Assembly (NCBI GenBank): GCA_017937025.1
Contig: JAGBEJ010000012.1
Span: forward strand, 132,411-196,410
Length of the DNA: 64,000 nt
Reading direction: 5' to 3'
Source: Paludibacteraceae bacterium
Lineage (GTDB): Bacteria > Bacteroidota > Bacteroidia > Bacteroidales > Paludibacteraceae
In this document: positions 56,583-64,000 of the stretch, in pieces
Numbering within the stretch: position 1 is the first letter of the stretch
Layout of the letters: each line of letters starts with the position of its first letter
Translations under genes and position numbers: made by a program
Notes under the pieces: model-generated
Databases searched by the model: none
What the model was told of the DNA's origin: nothing
The model's input: only the letters and a program-made list of their open reading frames with translations

Positions 56583-57941
56583 TTATTTTATTCTCTCTAT
56601 GACATCGCTCACCGCAAGCATCTCCTGCTCGCCAGTCTCCATATTCTTCAATGTGACTTTCTTCTGCTCCATCTCGTCGCTGCCCACTATCGCCACATAC
56701 TTTATATTCTTGCTGTCTGCATATCCAAGCTGCTTTTTCATCTTGGCTGGCGTTGGGTAAATCTCTGCAGGTATGCCTGCGTTTCTCACCTCCTTGACGA
56801 GCGGCATCGAGTATGCGATTTCCGCGTCGCCGAAGCACACGAACAGTATCTTGGTCGCGTTCACTGTCTCCTTTGGGTAAAGGTCAAGCTGGTTGAGCAC
56901 ATCGTAGATTCTGTCTGCTCCGAACGAGATGCCTACGCCAGATAGACCCTGCAGTCCGAATACTCCTGTCAGGTTGTCGTAACGTCCTCCGCCCGATATG
57001 CTACCCATCTCCACGTCATTGGCTTTCACCTCGAAGATGGCTCCTGTGTAGTAGTTCAGACCTCTTGCAAGTGTCAGGTCTATCTCCAATGTGAGTCTGA
57101 GGTTTGCGCTTGAGAGCAATCCGAGTATCGTCTCTATCTCCTCGATGCCCTTTAGTCCTGTCTCCGACTCGGCAAGCACGTTCTTCAGCGTAGCCAGTTT
57201 CTCCTCATTGCTTCCACTCAGCAGGATTATTGGCTGAAGTTTCTCCACAGCCTCAGCTGACACACCCTTCTCTCTCAGTTCGGCATTAACGTTGTCAAGT
57301 CCTATCTTGTCAAGTTTGTCTATGGCTACGGTTATGTCGGTCAGTCGGTCAAGTTCACCCACTATTTCTGCGATTCCGCTCAATATCTTTCTGTTGTTCA
57401 CCTTCAGAGTCACGTTCACGCCGAATCTTGCAAACACCTCGTCAACAATCTGCACAAGTTCAGCCTCGTTCAGAAGCGAGTCGCTGCCCACAACGTCGGC
57501 ATCACACTGGTAGAACTCTCTGTATCTGCCCTTCTGCGGACGGTCCGCTCTCCACACTGGCTGTATCTGGTATCTTTTGAAAGGCATTGTCAATTCGCCA
57601 TTATGCTGCACCACATATCGTGCGAATGGCACAGTCAGGTCGTATCTTAATCCCTTCTCGGAAATTGAGTTTATGAGCTTCACGCTGTTCTTTTCAGCCA
57701 AAGCCTCTGCGTTGGCTGTCTGCAGGAAATCTCCAGAGTTCAGTATCTTGAAAAGCAGTTTGTCGCCCTCGTCTCCATACTTGCCCATCAGCGTAGAAAG
57801 ATTCTCCATTGCAGGAGTCTCTATCTGCTGAAATCCGTACAGTTTAAACACCGATTTTATCGTGTCGAATATGTAGTTTCTCTTCGCCATCTCTTCTGGC
57901 GAGAAATCTCTTGTTCCCTTTGGTATTCCTGGTTTCTGCAT
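56583..57941 (-). CDS. hisS: Histidine--tRNA ligase
   Basis: Motifs [18 protein letters not shown], class II motif 2 ([24 protein letters not shown]) and GGGRYDNL, plus an anticodon-binding C-terminus. Confidence 0.95.
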   Translation of the reverse strand: MQKPGIPKGTRDFSPEEMAKRNYIFDTIKSVFKLYGFQQIETPAMENLSTLMGKYGDEGDKLLFKILNSGDFLQTANAEALAEKNSVKLINSISEKGLRYDLTVPFARYVVQHNGELTMPFKRYQIQPVWRADRPQKGRYREFYQCDADVVGSDSLLNEAELVQIVDEVFARFGVNVTLKVNNRKILSGIAEIVGELDRLTDITVAIDKLDKIGLDNVNAELREKGVSAEAVEKLQPIILLSGSNEEKLATLKNVLAESETGLKGIEEIETILGLLSSANLRLTLEIDLTLARGLNYYTGAIFEVKANDVEMGSISGGGRYDNLTGVFGLQGLSGVGISFGADRIYDVLNQLDLYPKETVNATKILFVCFGDAEIAYSMPLVKEVRNAGIPAEIYPTPAKMKKQLGYADSKNIKYVAIVGSDEMEQKKVTLKNMETGEQEMLAVSDVIERIK

Positions 57942-57960
57942 ATTTTGTCTATGTTTTTTC

Positions 57961-59190
57961 TTATAAGAATATTTCTCCTAAAATCTTGTCGGAAGCGCCC
58001 TTATTGCTGTTCACGTAGTCGCCTGCAGCAGCGCCCGCCTCTTCTGGATTTGCAATCAAGCGATTCATTTCTCTCTCAAAATCCTCGTATGACGCTATGG
58101 ATATTCCGCCTCCACACTCCTTTAACTTCAGTGCCTCACGGAATGCTGTATGATTTGGTCCGAAGACAACCGGCATTCCATACACAGCCGCCTCAAGCAA
58201 GTTGTGGATGCCTACGCCAAAACCGCCGCCCACGTATGCCACCGTTCCGTAATAATAAATAGACGACAGCATGCCAAAGTTGTTTATTATCAAACAACCC
58301 GCATTTCTCACATTATCGTCGGTTGCAGCAGTATATCTCACTATCGGTTTTGCGCCGCCAGCTTCATTCCACTTGCGCTCTATCTCAGCCAAATGCGACT
58401 CATGTATCTCATGCGGAGCAAGAATGAGTTTCACACCTTTATCTTGAGCGTATTTTATAAGCATGTCCTCGTCCTTTGGCCACGAACTGCCTGCGACAAT
58501 CGCCTTCTGTCCGCCAACGAAAGCCTCGACCAAAGGCAGCTCCTTCCTATTGGAAGCTATTTCCACAACACGGTCGAATCGCGTATCGCCAGAGATAGTG
58601 ACATTCTCTATGCCTACGCCATTAAGCAACTCCACAGAGTGCATGTCCTGCACAAAAAGACGGTTGAAAAAATTCAGCACCTTGGCATAAGCGACTCCGT
58701 ACCATTTGAAGAACGCCTGATTATCTCTGAAATGAGCAGAAACTATATAGGTAGGAATACCTCTTCTGCGCAGAGCAAAAAGGAAGTTTGGCCAAAACTC
58801 ATATTTTACGAATATCGCATCAACAGGCTTGACCCTTCTGACAAACCTCTCGGCATTGCGAATCGTGTCAAGCGGCATGTAGCACACAAGGTCCGCACCC
58901 TCGTAGTTTTTCCTCACTTCATAGCCCGATGGCGAGAAGAAGGTCAACAGAATTTTGTATTCCGGCTTTCTGCGGCGGAGCTCCTCCATCAAAGGACGCG
59001 CCTGCTCGAATTCACCGAGCGATGCCGCATGAAACCACACATACTTAGCGTTTTTATCTACGTTGCTTTTCAGATATTTGAACGTCTGTCTCTGCCCTAC
59101 GAATCTCTTTTTCGCCTTCGCGTTGAAGAATGACGCCACGAAAACCAAAAAAGCATAGACATGGATACCCAGACTATATAATGTCCACAT
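57961..59190 (-). CDS. waaA: 3-deoxy-D-manno-octulosonic acid (Kdo) transferase
   Basis: Motifs [23 protein letters not shown] and [11 protein letters not shown]. Start trimmed to ATG 59190 ([12 protein letters not shown]...) because the longer ORF would run through the upstream terminator. Confidence 0.85.
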   Translation of the reverse strand: MWTLYSLGIHVYAFLVFVASFFNAKAKKRFVGQRQTFKYLKSNVDKNAKYVWFHAASLGEFEQARPLMEELRRRKPEYKILLTFFSPSGYEVRKNYEGADLVCYMPLDTIRNAERFVRRVKPVDAIFVKYEFWPNFLFALRRRGIPTYIVSAHFRDNQAFFKWYGVAYAKVLNFFNRLFVQDMHSVELLNGVGIENVTISGDTRFDRVVEIASNRKELPLVEAFVGGQKAIVAGSSWPKDEDMLIKYAQDKGVKLILAPHEIHESHLAEIERKWNEAGGAKPIVRYTAATDDNVRNAGCLIINNFGMLSSIYYYGTVAYVGGGFGVGIHNLLEAAVYGMPVVFGPNHTAFREALKLKECGGGISIASYEDFEREMNRLIANPEEAGAAAGDYVNSNKGASDKILGEIFL

Positions 59191-59237
59191 TTGAGTTTGT
59201 CTTTGAATAACTACAGAATGCAAAAACGCATACAAAT

Positions 59238-59276
59238 GCAAAAATAGCAAATCCCTTCAATAAAAAGAGATTTGCT
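59238..59276 (-). terminator. Terminator after the second porP/sprF gene (minus strand)
   Basis: AGCAAATCCCTT / AAGAGATTTGCT stem (one mismatch) with a 7-nt loop. The plus-strand A-run 59237-59244 gives a U-run on the minus strand. Confidence 0.6.
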
Positions 59277-59330
59277 ATTTGAATATTTGTCAAATAAGTC
59301 TGTGCCTATGCCCTTGCGTCGAGACGACTA

Positions 59331-60281
59331 TTAGCGGCAGAAACGGTGAGGAACACAGAACGAATATGCAAGCATCAGCTCATGTGTGCCGTATGTCTTA
59401 GACGCAAGTTCGTTGAGTGTCAAGTTGAATGCGTAAGCCAACTGGAACTTGTTGAATCTCAGACCAACGATAGGAATCAAAGACAATGGCTGTACATTTC
59501 CTGGATCAAGCACATGACGATAAGAAAGCTGAGCCCACCAACCAAAGTTTGTAAGCTGGTCGTTCTGCATGTACTTGAGGTTCAACTCCATCTGCATGTG
59601 TCCGTCAACATCGAAGTTGAAGTTTGCAGAAGGCTCCAAAGTCTGGAACTCGTTGAAGTCAAAGTCGTATCCTGCGAACAAGAAACCTGTAAGGTTCTCA
59701 TAATCGTAAGTGTCGCCAAGTATCGCTGGCTTGAATGGTATCAGGTTTGTGAAAGACAGACCTCCGAAGAATCCGTAAGATGTATAATAAACACCCACAT
59801 TAACGTCCGGCATAATCTCGCCGTCTGTCTCATTGGCTGGGTCATCGTCAAATCCGTCCACTGCGGTATAGTGCAGATACTTCAATCTTGCGCTGACACC
59901 GAAAGACAACTGTCTGTCGAGTTCAACTCTCTTGCTGTATCTCGAACCGTTGCTCAGCGGAATATGGTAAGCGAATGTGAACTGTCCACCAACATAGTTG
60001 AATTGTGGAGTGTGATCGTTGTAGATGTATCCACCAAGACCAATGTTCTTAGTGTTCAATCTTGTTCTGTATGAGAGCAGATAAGTAGAAGGTCCGTCCT
60101 TGCCTATCCAGCTCTGCTTGCCTGTGAGCATCAAGTGTGAACACCTTTCAGCACCAGCCACTGCTGGGTTCAACAGATAGTAGTTGAAGTGGTACTGATC
60201 GTAAATAGGACGCTGCTGTGCGAAAACGCTTGTCGCCAAGGCACACATGGCAGCTACCAGCATTAAAATATTTTTTTTCAT
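59331..60281 (-). CDS. PorP/SprF-family type IX secretion system membrane protein (second, orphan copy)
   Basis: It has RPIYDQYHFNYYLLNPAVAGA and is collinear with the 35126-36115 product, including the C-terminal YGT.ELML.Y..C...RFCR. Start set at ATG 60281 (MKKNILML...) rather than TTG 60302. Confidence 0.85.
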   Translation of the reverse strand: MKKNILMLVAAMCALATSVFAQQRPIYDQYHFNYYLLNPAVAGAERCSHLMLTGKQSWIGKDGPSTYLLSYRTRLNTKNIGLGGYIYNDHTPQFNYVGGQFTFAYHIPLSNGSRYSKRVELDRQLSFGVSARLKYLHYTAVDGFDDDPANETDGEIMPDVNVGVYYTSYGFFGGLSFTNLIPFKPAILGDTYDYENLTGFLFAGYDFDFNEFQTLEPSANFNFDVDGHMQMELNLKYMQNDQLTNFGWWAQLSYRHVLDPGNVQPLSLIPIVGLRFNKFQLAYAFNLTLNELASKTYGTHELMLAYSFCVPHRFCR

Positions 60282-60505
60282 AGTTTCAAGGTTCTTCCGC
60301 AATTATTGTGTCTTTCATCTGCTTGCGTTCGGCATTGTTTCACCAATGTTTATCCGCGCATATTATATATAATAACGGAATACGAACTGCAAATTTAGAA
60401 TAATTCAGCAAAGTCGTGCTAAAAACGCTCTTTTTTTTTAATATTATGAGCGTTCAGCGCTATATTCATAACGCAGTTCATTCGTTTTTATTTTAGAAAG
60501 TTCAT

Positions 60506-60513
60506 TATTTTTG
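60506..60513 (+). promoter_or_regulatory. -7 promoter box TATTTTTG ahead of coaD
   Basis: TAnnTTTG match 21 nt upstream of ATG 60535. Confidence 0.45.
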
Positions 60514-60534
60514 CTCTGTTTTTAATGCTTTCAA

Positions 60535-60987
60535 ATGAAAAAAGCCATTTTCCCTGGGTCATTCGACCCTTTCACAATCGGACACTATTCGGTCGTAAAG
60601 CGCGGACTGGAGCTGTTTGACCACATCACGATAGGCGTGGGCAGCAACTGTTCAAAGAAGTCCTTCTTCACATTAGAAAAAAGACTCGACATAATATGCC
60701 AAGCTTTCCACGACGAGCCACGCGTGTCGGTTAAAGCCTACGATTCGCTGACCATTGACTTCGCCAAAGAGGAGGAAGCGGACTTCATATTGCGCGGAGT
60801 GCGCTCTGCCAACGACTTTGAATACGAGAAGTCAATAGCGGACATAAACAAAAGGCTTAGTTCAATAGAGACTGTGCTGCTCTTCACCGAGCCTCAATAT
60901 TCGGCTGTTTCATCGACCATCGTAAGAGATTTGCTCAACTACGGCAAAGATGTGGCGGCGTTTCTGCCTCCTGGAGTAGAACTGTAA
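60535..60987 (+). CDS. coaD: Phosphopantetheine adenylyltransferase
   Basis: The FPGSFDPFTIGHYSVVKRG (T/HxGH) motif, length 150 aa, and an ISSTIVRD-like C-terminus. Confidence 0.95.
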   Translation: MKKAIFPGSFDPFTIGHYSVVKRGLELFDHITIGVGSNCSKKSFFTLEKRLDIICQAFHDEPRVSVKAYDSLTIDFAKEEEADFILRGVRSANDFEYEKSIADINKRLSSIETVLLFTEPQYSAVSSTIVRDLLNYGKDVAAFLPPGVEL

Positions 60988-60992
60988 AAAAC

Positions 60993-61027
60993 AAAAAAGG
61001 CTTTGAAGGTGCTTCAAAGCCTTTTTT
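60993..61027. terminator. Bidirectional terminator between convergent coaD and the OMP gene
   Basis: GGCTTTGAAG-GTG-CTTCAAAGCC perfect 10-bp stem flanked by A6 upstream and T6 downstream. Confidence 0.85.
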
Positions 61028-61033
61028 ATTCAA

Positions 61034-61684
61034 TTAATAGAATCTTCGGAACATCTGTGTATCAATGTTTCTGACGTGATCCTGCTTCCTGCGCCAAGGA
61101 GCAAACTTGTATCGCACATAGAGGTTCGCATCATAATAGCCGTTCAACTCAGCCTTACTGGTGACTGTTTTCCCGTCAAAAGTACCCATGAAACGGTTGG
61201 TCGTTGACATAATAAAACGAAGGTCTAATCCCAAGCCAAAGTGCTTGCTGATATTCCACTCCACAGCCGGACCTGCATAAATCATCGGTGCAAGGTTATT
61301 CTTCTTTTTATCAAAGCCCCAGCCGCCACCGAATCCTAATCCAACACCAACATCAAACAGGACCTCCACCTTCTTGGCTCTCGAGCACAAGATGTTTGTC
61401 ATGTTGAATGATGAAAACACGTCAATAATATAACACTTAGGATGAAAGCTCTGCGAGCCATGCCTGTCGGTCAAAATGTACATGAAGTCACCACCGATTC
61501 CCCACATCGGGCTGAAGTCATACTCTCCAGCAAGCGAGTAAATCTGGTTCCATTCTCCGCCACGAACTTTCTGTGTTCCGACTTTCGCCATCATCGACCA
61601 ATGGCTGTAGTGCTGAGCCGAGGCCGTCATAATCGTCATCATGGAGATTATGACAAGCAACATCTTTTTAGTTGTACGAGTCAT
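61034..61684 (-). CDS. Small outer-membrane beta-barrel protein (OmpA-like/OmpW-like porin family)
   Basis: Signal peptide ...MTIMTASAQ. Alternating hydrophobic/aromatic beta-strand pattern, Gly/aromatic-rich, with an aromatic C-terminal residue. Confidence 0.55.
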   Translation of the reverse strand: MTRTTKKMLLVIISMMTIMTASAQHYSHWSMMAKVGTQKVRGGEWNQIYSLAGEYDFSPMWGIGGDFMYILTDRHGSQSFHPKCYIIDVFSSFNMTNILCSRAKKVEVLFDVGVGLGFGGGWGFDKKKNNLAPMIYAGPAVEWNISKHFGLGLDLRFIMSTTNRFMGTFDGKTVTSKAELNGYYDANLYVRYKFAPWRRKQDHVRNIDTQMFRRFY

Positions 61685-61723
61685 TAGTTTTGTTTTATTT
61701 GTCTTGCATTTATGATATGAACG

Positions 61724-62824
61724 TTACGCTTCCTTATGATTGATGCATATTCCCTTTTTGTACCAGTCGTATAGCAAACGCACGCCTTCGTCTATTTCTA
61801 TCTTGTGGTGCCATCCCAAATTATGGAGCTTGGTCACGTCGGTCAGCTTTTTCATTGTACCGTCCGGCTTGCTCGCGTCCCATCTGAGCTCGCCTTTGAA
61901 GCCGATCGTCGCCATGATTTTCTCTGCCACTTCCTTTATTGTTATCTCCTTGCCTGTGCCCACGTTTATATGGCAATTTCTTATGTCTCTTTCGCCATCC
62001 TTATATGTGTCCTTGAAGTCCACATTGAGCAGCACATGCACACTGGCATCCGCCATTTCCTCGCTCCAGAGGAACTCTCTCAGCGGTTTGCCCGTGCCCC
62101 AAAGCGTGACTGCCTCAGCCGTAATGCCGAACTTCGCAAGCTCCGTCTTTATCTCCTCGTCCGTGTTCTTGCCGCTCACGCCTTCCACCGGACGCAAGTC
62201 CATGTCCTTTCTTACCGCATCCCAATCGCCTTCGTTAAGGCACTTCGCCAAATGAATCTTCCTTATCATAGCAGGCAGAACATGGCTGTTCTCGAGATGG
62301 AAGTTGTCGTTAGGTCCGTACAAGTTTGTCGGCATAACGGCTATGTAGTTGGTTCCGTACTGCAGATTGAAGCTTTCGCACATCTTAAGTCCGGCTATTT
62401 TTGCTATTGCATAAGGCTCATTGGTGTATTCCAATTGCGAAGTGAGTAGCACATCCTCGCTCATAGGCTGTGGCGCCTCACGTGGATAGATACATGTGCT
62501 GCCAAGGAACAGCAGTTTCTGCACTCCATGGCGGAAACTCTCGCCTATGACGTTTTGCTGTATCTGCAGATTCTTGTAAATGAAATCGGCTCTGTACTTG
62601 AGATTCGCCATAATGCCGCCAACGTGCGCCGCTGCGAGCACGACTGCGTCCGGTTTCTCCTGGTCAAAGAACTCTCTGACCGCCACTGGGTCAAGAAGAT
62701 CAAGCTCTTTATGGCTTCTGCCCACCAGATTGTCATAGCCTCTGGACTTAAGATTGTTCCAAATCGCCGAACCTACAAGTCCATTGTGACCTGCCACATA
62801 TATTTTGCTACTCTTGTCAAGCAT
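61724..62824 (-). CDS. fcl: GDP-L-fucose synthase (GDP-4-keto-6-deoxy-D-mannose 3,5-epimerase/4-reductase)
   Basis: Motifs KIYVAGHNGLVGSAI, STCIYP, YAIAKIAG and PTNLYGPNDNF. It lies directly downstream of gmd. Confidence 0.9.
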   Translation of the reverse strand: MLDKSSKIYVAGHNGLVGSAIWNNLKSRGYDNLVGRSHKELDLLDPVAVREFFDQEKPDAVVLAAAHVGGIMANLKYRADFIYKNLQIQQNVIGESFRHGVQKLLFLGSTCIYPREAPQPMSEDVLLTSQLEYTNEPYAIAKIAGLKMCESFNLQYGTNYIAVMPTNLYGPNDNFHLENSHVLPAMIRKIHLAKCLNEGDWDAVRKDMDLRPVEGVSGKNTDEEIKTELAKFGITAEAVTLWGTGKPLREFLWSEEMADASVHVLLNVDFKDTYKDGERDIRNCHINVGTGKEITIKEVAEKIMATIGFKGELRWDASKPDGTMKKLTDVTKLHNLGWHHKIEIDEGVRLLYDWYKKGICINHKEA

Positions 62825-62834
62825 CGTCTTTTTT

Positions 62835-63923
62835 CTACTCCTCTATTTTTGCCTTCAAATAAAGTTTCTTAGCGAACACCATATCGTGCTTCACCATTAT
62901 TTTCACTAATTCCTCGAATGAAGTCTTTGTCGGATTCCATCCAAGTTTTGTCTTTGCCTTTGTTGGATTGCCGAGCAACTGCTCCACCTCGCAAGGACGG
63001 AAATACTTAGGGTCAACCTCGACCAAAACCTTTCCTGTCTTCACGTCAACACCCTTCTCGTTCACACCTTCGCCTTCCCATTTAAGCTCTATGCCAGCCT
63101 CCTTGAATGCCAATGTGCAGAACTCTCTGACGGTGTGCATCTCGCCAGTCGCGATTACATAATCCTCAGCCTCGTCCTGCTGCAGCATCAGCCACATGCA
63201 CTCAACATAGTCCTTGGCATATCCCCAGTCTCTTCTTGCATCGAGATTTCCGAGATACAATTTATCCTGGAAACCCTGTGCTATTCTGCTGGCTGCCAGT
63301 GTTATCTTTCTTGTCACAAAATTCTCGCCTCGTCTCTCGCTCTCATGGTTGAAGAGGATGCCGTTCACTGCGTACATCCCGTAACTCTCGCGGTAGTTCT
63401 TGACAATCCAGAAACCGTACTGCTTAGCAACAGAGTACGGAGAACGTGGGTAGAACGGAGTGGTCTCACTCTGAGGCACTTCCTGCACTTTTCCGAATAG
63501 TTCTGATGTAGACGCCTGATAAATGCGGCAAGTCTTCTCCATTCCGCATATTCTAACCGCCTCCAGAAGTCTCAACACTCCGATTGCATCAGCATCGGCT
63601 GTGTATTCCGGAACGTCGAAAGACACCTTAACGTGGCTCTGGGCCGCGAGGTTGTATATTTCTGTAGGTTTTACCTCTGTTATGATTCTCACCAACGAGC
63701 TTGAGTCGGTCATGTCGCCCCAGTGCAGTTCTATAAGTCTGCTCTTCTTCATATCCCTGACCCATTCGTCGAGATACAGGTGTTCAATTCTGCCTGTGTT
63801 GAACGACGATGATCTTCTGAGTATGCCGTGCACCTCATATCCTTTATCAATAAGGAACTCTGCCAAGTACGAACCGTCCTGACCTGTGATTCCTGTTATC
63901 AGTGCTACCTTTTTTTCTGCCAT
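62835..63923 (-). CDS. gmd: GDP-mannose 4,6-dehydratase
   Basis: Motifs [60 protein letters not shown] and [17 protein letters not shown]. Confidence 0.95.
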   Translation of the reverse strand: MAEKKVALITGITGQDGSYLAEFLIDKGYEVHGILRRSSSFNTGRIEHLYLDEWVRDMKKSRLIELHWGDMTDSSSLVRIITEVKPTEIYNLAAQSHVKVSFDVPEYTADADAIGVLRLLEAVRICGMEKTCRIYQASTSELFGKVQEVPQSETTPFYPRSPYSVAKQYGFWIVKNYRESYGMYAVNGILFNHESERRGENFVTRKITLAASRIAQGFQDKLYLGNLDARRDWGYAKDYVECMWLMLQQDEAEDYVIATGEMHTVREFCTLAFKEAGIELKWEGEGVNEKGVDVKTGKVLVEVDPKYFRPCEVEQLLGNPTKAKTKLGWNPTKTSFEELVKIMVKHDMVFAKKLYLKAKIEE

Positions 63924-64000
63924 ATTATTGAATGTTTATATTTCCTGTTTTAATCTCTTCTGAATATATCTCTTGTGTAAACCTTGCCTTCCACATCATC

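Noticed and set aside
63924-64000. Possible start of another feature at the right edge
   Set aside because: Only 77 nt remain and there is no ORF or motif that can be supported.

Overview
The window looks like a Bacteroidota chromosome, probably Prevotella- or Bacteroidales-like. This is an inference from TAnnTTTG -7 promoter boxes ahead of many genes, T9SS cargo and PorP/SprF genes, and tig-clpP-clpX-recQ synteny. I saw no rRNA, tRNA, CRISPR array, transposase or integrase.

Layout:
- (1) 1-8.9 kb: a defence island. It holds a type I R-M operon (hsdR, hsdM, hsdS) with two extra genes wedged between hsdM and hsdS, namely an 81-aa membrane peptide and an AbiJ-NTD4/HEPN-like protein. An AT-rich three-gene module follows: a Gp49/HigB-like toxin, an XRE-HTH antitoxin and a possible SecB-like protein.
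- (2) 9-12.4 kb: araC-family regulator, ilvC, rsmE.
- (3) 12.4-25.2 kb: four paralogous secreted PL1 pectate-lyase-like proteins (648-1379 aa). They carry He_PIG-type Ig repeats and a shared C-terminal beta-sandwich tail that resembles a T9SS sorting domain. A small Rieske-like lipoprotein and a tandem segmental duplication are also here.
- (4) 25.2-35 kb: housekeeping genes (GT2, murF, aroA, tig, clpP, clpX, recQ).
- (5) 35.1-52.8 kb, minus strand: a 17.7-kb operon encoding a 1503-aa Big_2/Fn3 surface protein, a 4026-aa SprB-like adhesin with a type-B T9SS C-terminal domain, and its PorP/SprF partner.
- (6) 52.8-53.8 kb: an unusual repeat-laden 1-kb intergenic region.
- (7) 53.8-64 kb: parC, hisS, waaA, a second orphan porP/sprF, coaD, an OMP, fcl, gmd.

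Observations most worth follow-up:
- the R-M-embedded Abi-like pair;
- the possible toxin-antitoxin-chaperone triad;
- a 27-bp imperfect palindrome upstream of the -7 box at the promoters of both giant-protein clusters;
- an unassigned ~140-aa module shared by those clusters;
- a perfect 23-bp inverted repeat pair upstream of the adhesin operon.

All functional calls come from reading motifs in the translations. No database search was run.
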